DNA of 64,000 nucleotides from assembly GCA_963720235.1 (NCBI GenBank), contig OY970389.1, forward strand, positions 5,362,970-5,426,969. The letters run 5' to 3'. Numbering within the stretch: position 1 is the first letter of the stretch; each line of letters starts with the position of its first letter. This stretch comes from Pyrinomonadaceae bacterium (GTDB taxonomy: Bacteria > Acidobacteriota > Blastocatellia > Pyrinomonadales > Pyrinomonadaceae). The notes beneath the pieces were generated by a model. It saw nothing but the letters and a program-made list of their open reading frames with translations. It did no database searches and was not told the DNA's origin. Shown here one piece after another: positions 17,318-25,984 of the stretch. The position numbers and the translations under genes were made by a program.

Positions 17318-19984
17318 ATGACTATCAAGCAGGGTACAGTCGGCGTTTTCACGACGGACGAAAATCTCATCATTCAGGTATGGGATGTCGCACTGGCGCG
17401 ACTCACAGGTATCAGTGCGGAAGCGGCTTTGGGCCAATCGCTTGTCGCGCTCATCTCTGATTTGGAGGAGCGGCGTCTGCTCGCGCGTTTCCGCCGCGTG
17501 CTGAACGAAGGAGTTGTCGAAGTCCTTGCGCCAGCCTTTCATCACTACCTGATAGCTTGCCCTCCGCTCACATCCTCTAAGCGTTTCGACAAGATGCAAC
17601 AGCGTGTGAACATCGCGCCGCTGCGTGAAAGCGAACGCATCGTTGGTCTCATCGTCACCATCGAAGATGTCACAGAACGTCTCGACCGTGAGCGTGATTT
17701 GTCGGAGCATCTCGCACACGCGGACGAAGCCACGCGTCTGCGCGCCGCGCAAGCTTTAGCTGGAGAATCTCTCGATGTCGCGCCGCCGCTTCTCGATGCG
17801 CTCAAGGATGAAAGCTGGCGTGTACGCCGTGCGGCAGTCGAAGGCGTGTCGCGTCGCGCCGCGCCGGATGCCATCGCCGCGCTCTTAAATTCCGTGCGCG
17901 AGAATCATCACAACCTGAGTTTGCTCAACAGCGCGCTTCAGGTTTTGGCCTTGAGCGATGTGGACACGCTCTCGCCGCTCATCGAATTCCTGAACGGGCC
18001 GGACATTGATCTGCGAATGCAGGCTGCGCTCGCGCTCGGAGAACAACGCGACCCGCGCGCTACGCCTGCGTTGATGCACGCGCTCAATGACGACGACATC
18101 AATGTGCGTTATCACGCGATAGAAGCTCTCGGCAAGTTGCGCGCGGTTGAAGCGGCGGACGCGCTCGTCTCGATAGCCGAAACGCGCGACTTCTTTCTCT
18201 CATTCCCCGCGCTTGATGCTTTGACTCAAATTGGCGATGCGCGCGTCGCTTCGCGTCTCGTGCCGCTTTTAGAGGATGAGTTTTTACGTGAGCCTGCCGC
18301 AGCCGCTTTGAGTAAGCTTGGAGATGAAGAGATGGTCGCGCCGCTCTGCGCTCTGCTGAACACGCCGCATGCCCCGACGCATATCATCGCAGAGTCGCTT
18401 GCAGTGCTCTATGACCGTTACGAAAAATTATATGGCGAAGGAAAGCACATCGCAGATTTGAGTTGTCGGGCCATTGATGCGACGGGCGCGCAGAATCTGC
18501 TGGATACTCTGGATGATGAGCAGGCGGCAGAGAATTTGCGCCCGCTTGCGCTCGTGCTTGGTTGGCTCGAAGGCGCGGCTGTGGAGCATGCTTTGACGCG
18601 CTTGCTCGGACGCACGGACGTGCGCAACGAAATTGTAGAAGCTTTAGTGCGGCACGGCGCGGGCGTGACGGAATTATTGATTGAACAACTGGATGCGGAA
18701 GACCTTGAAATCAGGCGGTCAGCGGTCATTGCTCTGGGTCGCATCGGAGACATGCGCGCGACACACGCGCTTGTCCGAGTCCTAGAGGAAGACACGGAGT
18801 TAATCATTCCGACGGCAAGCGCGCTTGCCAGGATTGGAGACAGACGCGCCTTCGATGCGTTGCTTGGTTTAATCGGTGATACGGACGCGGCAGTCAGGCA
18901 GGCGGTCGTCGGCGCGCTCAATTCAATCGGCGCGCCGGAGATGCCCGCGCGCATCATTCCGCTTCTCAATGATGAAGACCCGAACGTGCGCGAATCGGCG
19001 GTCAAGATTGCTGGCTATTTCGGTTATGCGGAATGTGCAGACCTCTTGCTTGAGCGATGCCGCGATGAGGACGAACGTGTGCGGCGTGCGGCGATTGAGC
19101 ACCTGCCTTATCTTGAAGACGAGCGAGTTCCAGGCACGCTCGTTCACGCGCTCGAACACGAAACGCCAAAGGTGCGCGCGGCGGCGGCGGGCGCGTTGGC
19201 GCATGTCGATGAAGCGGAATCCATATCTTCTTTAATGAACGCCCTCACGGATGAAGATTTGTGGGTGCGCTATTTTGCAGCGCGCTCGCTCGGCCAGCGC
19301 GGGGCGCGTGAGAGCATAGACGCCTTAGCGCGCGTGGCACAGTCGGACAAGTTCAACCACGTTCGCATCGCTGCGTTGAATGCGCTCGGAAGCATCGGCG
19401 GAGAACGCGCGGCGGCTGTGGCCGCGCCTTTCGTCGAAGCAGACGACCCGGACTTGGGGCGCGCGGCTGTGGTCGCGTTAGGAAACATAGCTCACGCGGA
19501 TGCTCTTCCGCCTCTGATTAAAGCACTGCGCTCGCCGGATGCCAGCCTGAGGACGAGCGCGACAACGGCCTTAGGAGAACGCGGCGGGATGGAAGCGTTG
19601 GAGCATCTGCAACGCGTCGCGGCAACTGATAACGAACCTGCTGTGTTCGAGGCGGCGATAGACGCGCTCAAAAAACTGGCGACCTCCGAAGCGATTGCCG
19701 CACTCGTCGCGCTCACAGCGGATTCAACGCGGCGCGAGGCCGCCAGTTCCGCACTCGCAGACATGCCTGACTCGCAGATAGAAAATGTGGCGCGCGGGTT
19801 ATCGCATCATTCTGTGGAGGTGCGCCGCGCGGTGGTAGAGGTCTTGGCGCGCATGAAGCGACAGCGCGCCTCAGAGTTGCTGCGCGTTGCTTTAGATGAC
19901 GCGGATGCTTCTGTGCGTCTGGCTGCGGCGGACGCGCTCGACAAAAGTTACAAGCAATCAACTGTCAAGATGAACAAGCGTTAG
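17318..19984 (+). CDS. PAS domain fused to a long array of PBS-lyase-type HEAT repeats
   Basis: N-terminal ~125 aa is PAS-like and ends in IEDVTER. About 20 repeats of DxxVRxxAxxALGxxG follow (for example DINVRYHAIEALGKL, DPNVRESAVKIAGYFG). Confidence 0.8.
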   Translation: MTIKQGTVGVFTTDENLIIQVWDVALARLTGISAEAALGQSLVALISDLEERRLLARFRRVLNEGVVEVLAPAFHHYLIACPPLTSSKRFDKMQQRVNIAPLRESERIVGLIVTIEDVTERLDRERDLSEHLAHADEATRLRAAQALAGESLDVAPPLLDALKDESWRVRRAAVEGVSRRAAPDAIAALLNSVRENHHNLSLLNSALQVLALSDVDTLSPLIEFLNGPDIDLRMQAALALGEQRDPRATPALMHALNDDDINVRYHAIEALGKLRAVEAADALVSIAETRDFFLSFPALDALTQIGDARVASRLVPLLEDEFLREPAAAALSKLGDEEMVAPLCALLNTPHAPTHIIAESLAVLYDRYEKLYGEGKHIADLSCRAIDATGAQNLLDTLDDEQAAENLRPLALVLGWLEGAAVEHALTRLLGRTDVRNEIVEALVRHGAGVTELLIEQLDAEDLEIRRSAVIALGRIGDMRATHALVRVLEEDTELIIPTASALARIGDRRAFDALLGLIGDTDAAVRQAVVGALNSIGAPEMPARIIPLLNDEDPNVRESAVKIAGYFGYAECADLLLERCRDEDERVRRAAIEHLPYLEDERVPGTLVHALEHETPKVRAAAAGALAHVDEAESISSLMNALTDEDLWVRYFAARSLGQRGARESIDALARVAQSDKFNHVRIAALNALGSIGGERAAAVAAPFVEADDPDLGRAAVVALGNIAHADALPPLIKALRSPDASLRTSATTALGERGGMEALEHLQRVAATDNEPAVFEAAIDALKKLATSEAIAALVALTADSTRREAASSALADMPDSQIENVARGLSHHSVEVRRAVVEVLARMKRQRASELLRVALDDADASVRLAAADALDKSYKQSTVKMNKR

Positions 19985-20008
19985 TCAAAGGCAAGATTTC
20001 AAACGAGC

Positions 20009-20870
20009 ATGGGATTCGATTCGGAAATTTTAGGACTGCCGAAAGGAACGGACGCGCTCTTGCGCACACTGATTCATGAGCGCACGGGCGTCTTCTTCGA
20101 TAACGGTAAAGCAGATTTGCTAACAGATAAGCTGTCGCCGCTTGTTATCGAGCGCGGCTTCACTTCGTTTTTAGATTATTACTATCTGCTCAAGTACGAC
20201 GACGGGGCGCAGGACGAATGGCGCAATGTGATGAACGCGCTCTCTGTGCCGGAGACATATTTCTGGCGCGAGATAGATCAGGTGCGTGCATTGGTTGAAA
20301 CAATCCTGCCGCAATGGTTCGACGCGCACAAGAATGAGACTTTGAGAATCTGGAGCGCGGCGTGTGCGACGGGCGAAGAGCCGCTCACGATTGCGATTGC
20401 GCTCAACGAAGCGGGCTGGTTCGACCGCGCGGCGATTGAGATTTATGCCAGCGATGCCAGCTCGAGCTGCTATCGAAAAAGCGCGGCGCGGCGTTTATCG
20501 CGAGCGCGCGTTTCGCAGCCTGTCGCCAGAACTGCGCGCGAAATATTTTACGCGCGAAGGCGCGTCTCTATCATCGTCGCGTGTCAACGTGGAGTTGCAC
20601 GCGCGTGTCAGGTGGGGAGTCGCCAACTTGATAGATGAACAAGAAATCGCGCCTCTGGCTTCGGCGCACATCATTTTTTGTCGCAACGTCTTTATCTATT
20701 TTTCGGAAAGCGCTATCTCTAAAACGGTGCGCTCTTTCGCCCGGTATATCCGCCCGCCGGGATATTTGTTTGTCGGAACGTCTGAGTCTCTACTAAGATT
20801 GACGACAGATTTTACTTTAGAAGAAATCAACGACGCCTTCGTTTATGTGAAGCAGCCGAGCGCAGTTTGA
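20009..20870 (+). pseudogene. cheR: CheR methyltransferase split by a single-nucleotide frameshift (or sequencing indel)
   Basis: ORF 20009-20638 carries the CheR N-domain and SAM-binding start (RIWSAACATGEEP...IYASDAS). ORF 20364-20870, in the +1 frame, carries the rest (AAIEKARRGVYRE...FCRNVFIYF...LFVGTSE). Removing one nt near 20462 restores ASDASRAAIEKARRGVY, colinear with E. coli ASDIDTEVLEKARSGIY. Confidence 0.8.
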
Positions 20871-20907
20871 ATACTGCCTTGCCGTCGTTCGCTTTCAAGG
20901 AGCATTA

Positions 20908-21960
20908 ATGGATCGAGTTCTACGTGTGCTGGTGATAGACGATTCCGCGTATGTGCGCAAGGTTGTCAAGCAGATGCTGTCGCGCAGTCCCTTCATCGAA
21001 GTGGTCGGCGCGGCGCGCGACGGGCGCGAAGCTCTGGAACTTGTCGAGCAGCTTCAACCGGATGTTATTACCTGCGACCTAATCATGCCGGAACTCGACG
21101 GCGTCGGCTTCGTGCGCGAGCAGATGCGGCGACGGCCTGTGCCAATCATCATCATGAGCATTGCAAGCGAGACAGGCGACGCAGCGTTGACCGCGCTCGA
21201 CGCGGGCGCGGTTGATTTCATACAGAAACCAACTGCGCTGGCAACGGAAAAGATTTTTGAGGTGAGTAGCGAACTGATTGAGAAAGTCAAAGCCGCCGCC
21301 AACATTCCTTTGACACGTATTCAAAGCGCATCCGTTGTCACTGAAACTACATCTGCGACGGTGCGTGCGGAAGCGGTCGCGGGAAGTAATGCGGTGGACG
21401 TGGTCGTGCTCGGCATCTCGACCGGCGGGCCACAAGCCTTGAAGCAGTTAATCCCACAACTGCCAGCAGATTTTCCAGTGCCTGTGGCGATTGTCATGCA
21501 CATGCCGATTGGCTATACGGAAATGTACGCGCGCAAGCTAAATGAATATTCGCCGCTCGATGTGCGCGAGGCTCACGAAGGTGACGAGTTGCGCGCTGGC
21601 GTTGCGCTGCTCGCTCCGGCTGGACGACATCTGAGTTTTCAACGCAAGGCGGACGGCAAGGTCGTTGCACATCTTGACGCGCGGCCCTTTGATACATTGC
21701 ATCGCCCGTCTGTGGATGTGATGTTTCAATCGGCTGCCGAAGTTTACAAGCAGAGAGTTCTGGGCGTGGTGATGACCGGGATGGGTTCGGATGGCAAGCA
21801 GGGCGCGGCGTGGATTAAGTCGCAGGGCGGACTTGTTTACACCGAAAGCGAAGAGACATGCGTCGTGTACGGCATGCCCTTTACAGTCGTAGAGGCTGGC
21901 TTGAGCGACAGGAGCGTGCCGCTCTACGGCATGGCGCAGGCGATAAGGGAGGTGGTATGA
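20908..21960 (+). CDS. cheB: CheB response-regulator methylesterase
   Basis: N-terminal REC domain (VLVIDDS...DVITCDLIMPELDG). C-terminal esterase motifs GISTGGP, HMPIGYT, GMGSDG. Confidence 0.95.
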   Translation: MDRVLRVLVIDDSAYVRKVVKQMLSRSPFIEVVGAARDGREALELVEQLQPDVITCDLIMPELDGVGFVREQMRRRPVPIIIMSIASETGDAALTALDAGAVDFIQKPTALATEKIFEVSSELIEKVKAAANIPLTRIQSASVVTETTSATVRAEAVAGSNAVDVVVLGISTGGPQALKQLIPQLPADFPVPVAIVMHMPIGYTEMYARKLNEYSPLDVREAHEGDELRAGVALLAPAGRHLSFQRKADGKVVAHLDARPFDTLHRPSVDVMFQSAAEVYKQRVLGVVMTGMGSDGKQGAAWIKSQGGLVYTESEETCVVYGMPFTVVEAGLSDRSVPLYGMAQAIREVV

Positions 21961-22340
21961 GCGCGAAAATACTGGTGGTCGATGATTCAGCGTTGTCACG
22001 TAGAACGATGCGGCGCATCCTCGAAACCGCCGGATACGAAGTGGTCGAAGCCGACGAAGGCATGGCCGCGCTTGAAATCTATTTCCTCGAAAAGCCCGAC
22101 TTAGTTTTTCTCGATTTAGTGATGAAAGGAATGTACGGGCTCGAAGTGCTGGAGAAGCTGCGCGAGATGGACAGCGATGCGCAGGTCGTAGTCGCCAGCG
22201 CGGACATACAGAGTTCGACGCGCACGATGGTTGAAGAAGCGGGCGCGCTTGCCTTTATCAACAAACCGTTTGTCACGGAGCAAGTGCTCGCGGCTGTCAG
22301 CGCGGCGATGTCGGAGGGGCAAAACAGTGATACTAACTGA
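21957..22340 (+). CDS. cheY: second CheY-like single-domain response regulator
   Basis: ATG 21957 overlaps the cheB stop (ATGA). Translates MSAKILVVDDSALSRR...DLVFLDLVMKGMYG...INKPF. The longer track ORF from 21858 overlaps cheB and is unlikely. Confidence 0.85.
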   Translation: MSAKILVVDDSALSRRTMRRILETAGYEVVEADEGMAALEIYFLEKPDLVFLDLVMKGMYGLEVLEKLREMDSDAQVVVASADIQSSTRTMVEEAGALAFINKPFVTEQVLAAVSAAMSEGQNSDTN

Positions 22341-22944
22341 ACGCCAGAACGACGCGCTTTCCGAGTTAATCAACATCGCCTTCGCGCGTACAGGGGCTGC
22401 GCTCTCTGAATTAACGGGACACCGCGTCCTGTTGAATCCGCCGGAGGTCTCCGTTTATCCGACTGTGGAATTGCCGTCAGTGCTTGCCAAGTTTGTCCCC
22501 GGAGATGTGGCTTCAATTCATCAAGTGTTCGCTGGCCCGATTGCGGGCGATGCGCTCCTGCTGCTGAATCATGATGGCGCGGTGCAACTCACGGATTTGT
22601 TGACGGACGAACAGACTCCGTCAAAGTATCTGGACGAATCTGCGCGTGAGGTGTTGACGGAGGTCGGGAACATTCTGCTCAACGCCTGTCTGGGCATGTT
22701 CGGCAACCTCTTGCATGTTCATGTCTCTTTTTCCGTGCCGCGCCTGCATCTGGAATCGCTTGATGAACTGCTTGGCTCAATCATCACCGGCAAAAATGAG
22801 TTGCACTACGCGCTGGTCATTTACACAGCGTTTCATATACGCGATAGCGCGGTCAGCGGATTCCTCGTGATGGTCTTGAGCGTCGCCTCGCTGGATAGAT
22901 TGATTCAGGAAGTAGAGGCCTGGGAGGAAGGCCAGGGGCAATAG
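22327..22944 (+). CDS. CheC/CheX-family CheY-P phosphatase
   Basis: Probable GTG start at 22327, overlapping the cheY end. Two D/S-x3-E-x2-N-x22-P type motifs: DALSELIN(x22)P and EVLTEVGN(x22)P. Confidence 0.75.
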   Translation: MILTERQNDALSELINIAFARTGAALSELTGHRVLLNPPEVSVYPTVELPSVLAKFVPGDVASIHQVFAGPIAGDALLLLNHDGAVQLTDLLTDEQTPSKYLDESAREVLTEVGNILLNACLGMFGNLLHVHVSFSVPRLHLESLDELLGSIITGKNELHYALVIYTAFHIRDSAVSGFLVMVLSVASLDRLIQEVEAWEEGQGQ

Positions 22945-23003
22945 CTTGTCATCATTCGCCGTATGTCCGGCTGATATAGTTTGATTTACCTCACTTGAAC
23001 TTT

Positions 23004-24665
23004 ATGACAAAGGATAATCCGAATAAAGAGACGCTGCTCAACGCGGCTGTGCTGCGCTGGATGCATGACCTTGCGGCGCAGGGAATCCTGATGACGGACG
23101 ACGAGCTCAACATCCTCGGCTGGAATCAGTGGCTTGAGGAGCACACAGAGCGCAAGGCTGCGGACGCTGTGGGGCGCAACCTGCTTGAGCTATATCCTGA
23201 ACTTGTCGAGAGACGCCTTGACCGTTATTACAAGTGGGCTCTGGAAGGTCAGGTCAGAGTCCTGTCACAACGCCTGCACGGTTATCTCATCGCGATGCCG
23301 ACATCTTTGGGCAAAAATGCCTACGGGCAGATGCAGCAGAGCGTGCGCATCTCTCCGCTCACACATGAGGGGCGCATCATCGGGACTTTGACAATTATTG
23401 ATGACGTTACAGAGCGCGTCACGCGCGAGGCCGAACTGCAAGCTCAACTCGAAGCCCGCACGCAACTCCTCGCCAGCGAGAAATCAGCGCGCGAAGAGGC
23501 AGAGGAAGCCAATCATCTCAAAGACGAATTCCTCGCGACGATTTCGCATGAACTACGCACACCGCTAACCGCTATCATCGGCTGGGCCAACATGCTGCGC
23601 GCGGGCAATCTGGATGAGACGACATCGGTTCGCGCCATCGAGACTATCTATCGCAATGCGCACTCGCAGAATCAGCTCATCGCAGATTTGCTGGACGTGT
23701 CGCGCATCATCTCCGGCAAACTCCGTCTGGATGTCCGCACGATTGAACTGCCATCTATTATCGAAGCCGCGCTGGATGCAGTCCGCCCTGCTGCTGAGGC
23801 AAAGAGTATCCGTCTCCAATCGGTGATAGATCCGCTGGCGGGGCCGATTTCCGGCGACGCAGATCGTTTGCAACAGATAATCTGGAATCTGCTGACGAAC
23901 GCCATCAAGTTTACGCCGAAGGGCGGGCGTGTACAGGTCAAGCTTGAGCGCGTTGATTCTCATGTGGAAATAACTGTCAGCGATTCTGGCGTCGGCATCA
24001 GCCGCGAGTTTCTTCCATACGTCTTCGAACGCTTTCGTCAGGCGGACGCTGCCACGACAAGAGTGTATGGCGGACTTGGGCTCGGACTCTCCATCGTGCG
24101 TCAACTGACGGAGATGCACGGCGGCGCTGCGCGCGTCGAAAGCGATGGAGAAGGAAAGGGAGCGACTTTTATTATCAGCTTGCCCTTCATCGCTGTGACG
24201 AATGGACAGGTCGAGCCTGAGCGCATTCATCCGTCCGCCGGCTATAACAGCCTCATGCTTGATTGCCCGCCGTCGCTCGTTGGCTTACGAGTGCTTGTTG
24301 TAGATGACGAGCAAGACACACGCGATCTGCTAAGCACCGTGCTGGAGAAGTGTGGCTGTGAGGTGGCAATGACGGCTTCTGCGGCAGAAGCTTTGGACAC
24401 CATTGAGACATTGCGACCGGACGTGCTGATTAGCGACCTTGGGATGCCGGGCGAGGATGGGTATTCGTTAATCGCTAAAGTTCGCGCGCTTCCGGCAGAG
24501 CGCGGAGGGCAGACACCCGCCGCAGCCCTCACAGCATACGCGCGTGTCGAAGACCGCCTCCGCGTGCTTAGTTCCGGCTTCCAGATTCACCTGCCCAAAC
24601 CCGTCGAGCCGATGGAGCTCATCATCGTCGTTGCAAATCTGGCCGGAAGAACAGCCAAAAATTAG
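23004..24665 (+). CDS. PAS-containing hybrid sensor histidine kinase (HisKA-HATPase-REC)
   Basis: PAS ends in IDDVTER. H-box SHELRTPLTAI. G-boxes DSGVGI and GLGLGLSIV. C-terminal REC (VLVVDDEQD...DVLISDLGMPGEDG...LPKP). The track ORF starts at TTG 22995; ATG 23004 is preferred. Confidence 0.9.
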   Translation: MTKDNPNKETLLNAAVLRWMHDLAAQGILMTDDELNILGWNQWLEEHTERKAADAVGRNLLELYPELVERRLDRYYKWALEGQVRVLSQRLHGYLIAMPTSLGKNAYGQMQQSVRISPLTHEGRIIGTLTIIDDVTERVTREAELQAQLEARTQLLASEKSAREEAEEANHLKDEFLATISHELRTPLTAIIGWANMLRAGNLDETTSVRAIETIYRNAHSQNQLIADLLDVSRIISGKLRLDVRTIELPSIIEAALDAVRPAAEAKSIRLQSVIDPLAGPISGDADRLQQIIWNLLTNAIKFTPKGGRVQVKLERVDSHVEITVSDSGVGISREFLPYVFERFRQADAATTRVYGGLGLGLSIVRQLTEMHGGAARVESDGEGKGATFIISLPFIAVTNGQVEPERIHPSAGYNSLMLDCPPSLVGLRVLVVDDEQDTRDLLSTVLEKCGCEVAMTASAAEALDTIETLRPDVLISDLGMPGEDGYSLIAKVRALPAERGGQTPAAALTAYARVEDRLRVLSSGFQIHLPKPVEPMELIIVVANLAGRTAKN

Positions 24666-24876
24666 AGCGAACAATTTCAAGAAGCTTGTAATTCATAACA
24701 GCACTCTCAGTTGGAAAATTGCTGTATAAATTCTACTGCAAGATTTTTGTATGCAACTTTGAAATAATATTGTATAGTGCCATCGTCGTTGCTCCAAAAG
24801 TTTATTCTTGGCCTCTCGCCACATCTCAGCCGAGCACTTTTAAGTGTCTCAGGCAGTATGCTTTAGGGAGATTAAG

Positions 24877-25944
24877 ATGAAAAGACTCGCCAATCAGCCC
24901 AGCCGCAAGTTAGCAACTATACTGATGCTTTTCAGCTTTTTTTTCAGCATCGCTTTTCAAACCTATTCTCATTCTCCGAAAAACTCCAAAGGAGATGAGC
25001 AAAGTAATCTGAGCAGCAGAATTGTCTTCTCAAACGGGTTTGACATTTACACTATGAATCCCGATGGGAGCCAGTTGACGCGGCTGACATACGCAGGCGC
25101 GTGGGAGTTTAATGTACAGCCCGCATGGTCGCCGAATCACTCGCAGATTGTTTTTGTCAGTAACCGCGACGGCGGCGATGTAGAAATTTATGTGATGAAC
25201 GCGGATGGCACGATGGTCAAGCCTTTGACCGATAATCCGGGTGAAGACAGCCAGCCCGCTTGGTCGCCGGACGGCAGCAGAATCGCCTATGTGCATGGCG
25301 ACGACCCGACATACGCGGGCCGCGCAAACTACTTGAATTGCGAGACGGCGCAGGTCTATGTGATGAAGAATGATGGCAGCGCGCAGCAGAAATTGACAGG
25401 GGCAGGCAACAACACAGACCCTGCCTGGTCGCCGGATAGTAAACAGATAGCCTTTAGTAGCAATCGAGATGGCAACTATGAAATCTATCGTATGAAAGAT
25501 GACGGCAGCAGCCAGACACGTCTTACCTTTAATGATGTGGAGGATGCAGACCCTGCATGGTCGCCCGATGGCTTGCACATAGCCTATGGCAGTGGCTATG
25601 AGAAGGTTTACTTTTTTTGCGGCGTCATAGGCATCATACAGAATCCTTTAGGGCCAGCTTCGGCTATCAACGGAGGAGCGGGTGAGATTCATGTGATGAG
25701 CAATAATGGCTCTGCTGATGTGCAGTTGACGACGACGAAGAATAACAGCGATCCTGCATGGTCGCCGGATGGCAGCCAGATTGTTTTCGCCAGCCGTCGT
25801 GATGATAATTTTGAAATCTATCTCATGAATGCCGACGGGCAAATGCAAAAACGTCTGACGTATGATGACCTCGGTGATTTGTCACCGAACTGGTCGCCGC
25901 AAGTTTTTGTTCCCAATGATGCTGCCGGTTCTTTAGAGAGATGA
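24877..25944 (+). CDS. secreted TolB-like (PD40/WD40-like) beta-propeller protein
   Basis: Six or more repeats containing [PQ]PAWSPD[GS]..I[AV]F.S.RDG..EIY.M. Signal/TM segment LATILMLFSFFFSIAF. ATG 24877 has an AGGGAG SD. Confidence 0.75.
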   Translation: MKRLANQPSRKLATILMLFSFFFSIAFQTYSHSPKNSKGDEQSNLSSRIVFSNGFDIYTMNPDGSQLTRLTYAGAWEFNVQPAWSPNHSQIVFVSNRDGGDVEIYVMNADGTMVKPLTDNPGEDSQPAWSPDGSRIAYVHGDDPTYAGRANYLNCETAQVYVMKNDGSAQQKLTGAGNNTDPAWSPDSKQIAFSSNRDGNYEIYRMKDDGSSQTRLTFNDVEDADPAWSPDGLHIAYGSGYEKVYFFCGVIGIIQNPLGPASAINGGAGEIHVMSNNGSADVQLTTTKNNSDPAWSPDGSQIVFASRRDDNFEIYLMNADGQMQKRLTYDDLGDLSPNWSPQVFVPNDAAGSLER

Positions 25945-25984
25945 AATTTTTTTCCTTTGCTTCGGGCCGGAAAGAAGTTGACTG

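Noticed and set aside
20458-20469. The CAGCTCGAGCTG palindrome (contains a CTCGAG site) at the cheR frameshift as evidence of engineering or a cloning scar
   Set aside because: There is no vector-like or foreign sequence on either side, and the surrounding codons are colinear with CheR. A natural palindrome prone to indels, or a sequencing error, is the simpler explanation.
21858-21956. Upstream extension of the second cheY ORF, overlapping cheB by 100 nt
   Set aside because: The REC domain begins at MSAKILVVDD. ATG 21957 forms an ATGA overlap with the cheB stop, and the extension is an out-of-frame reading of the cheB 3' end.
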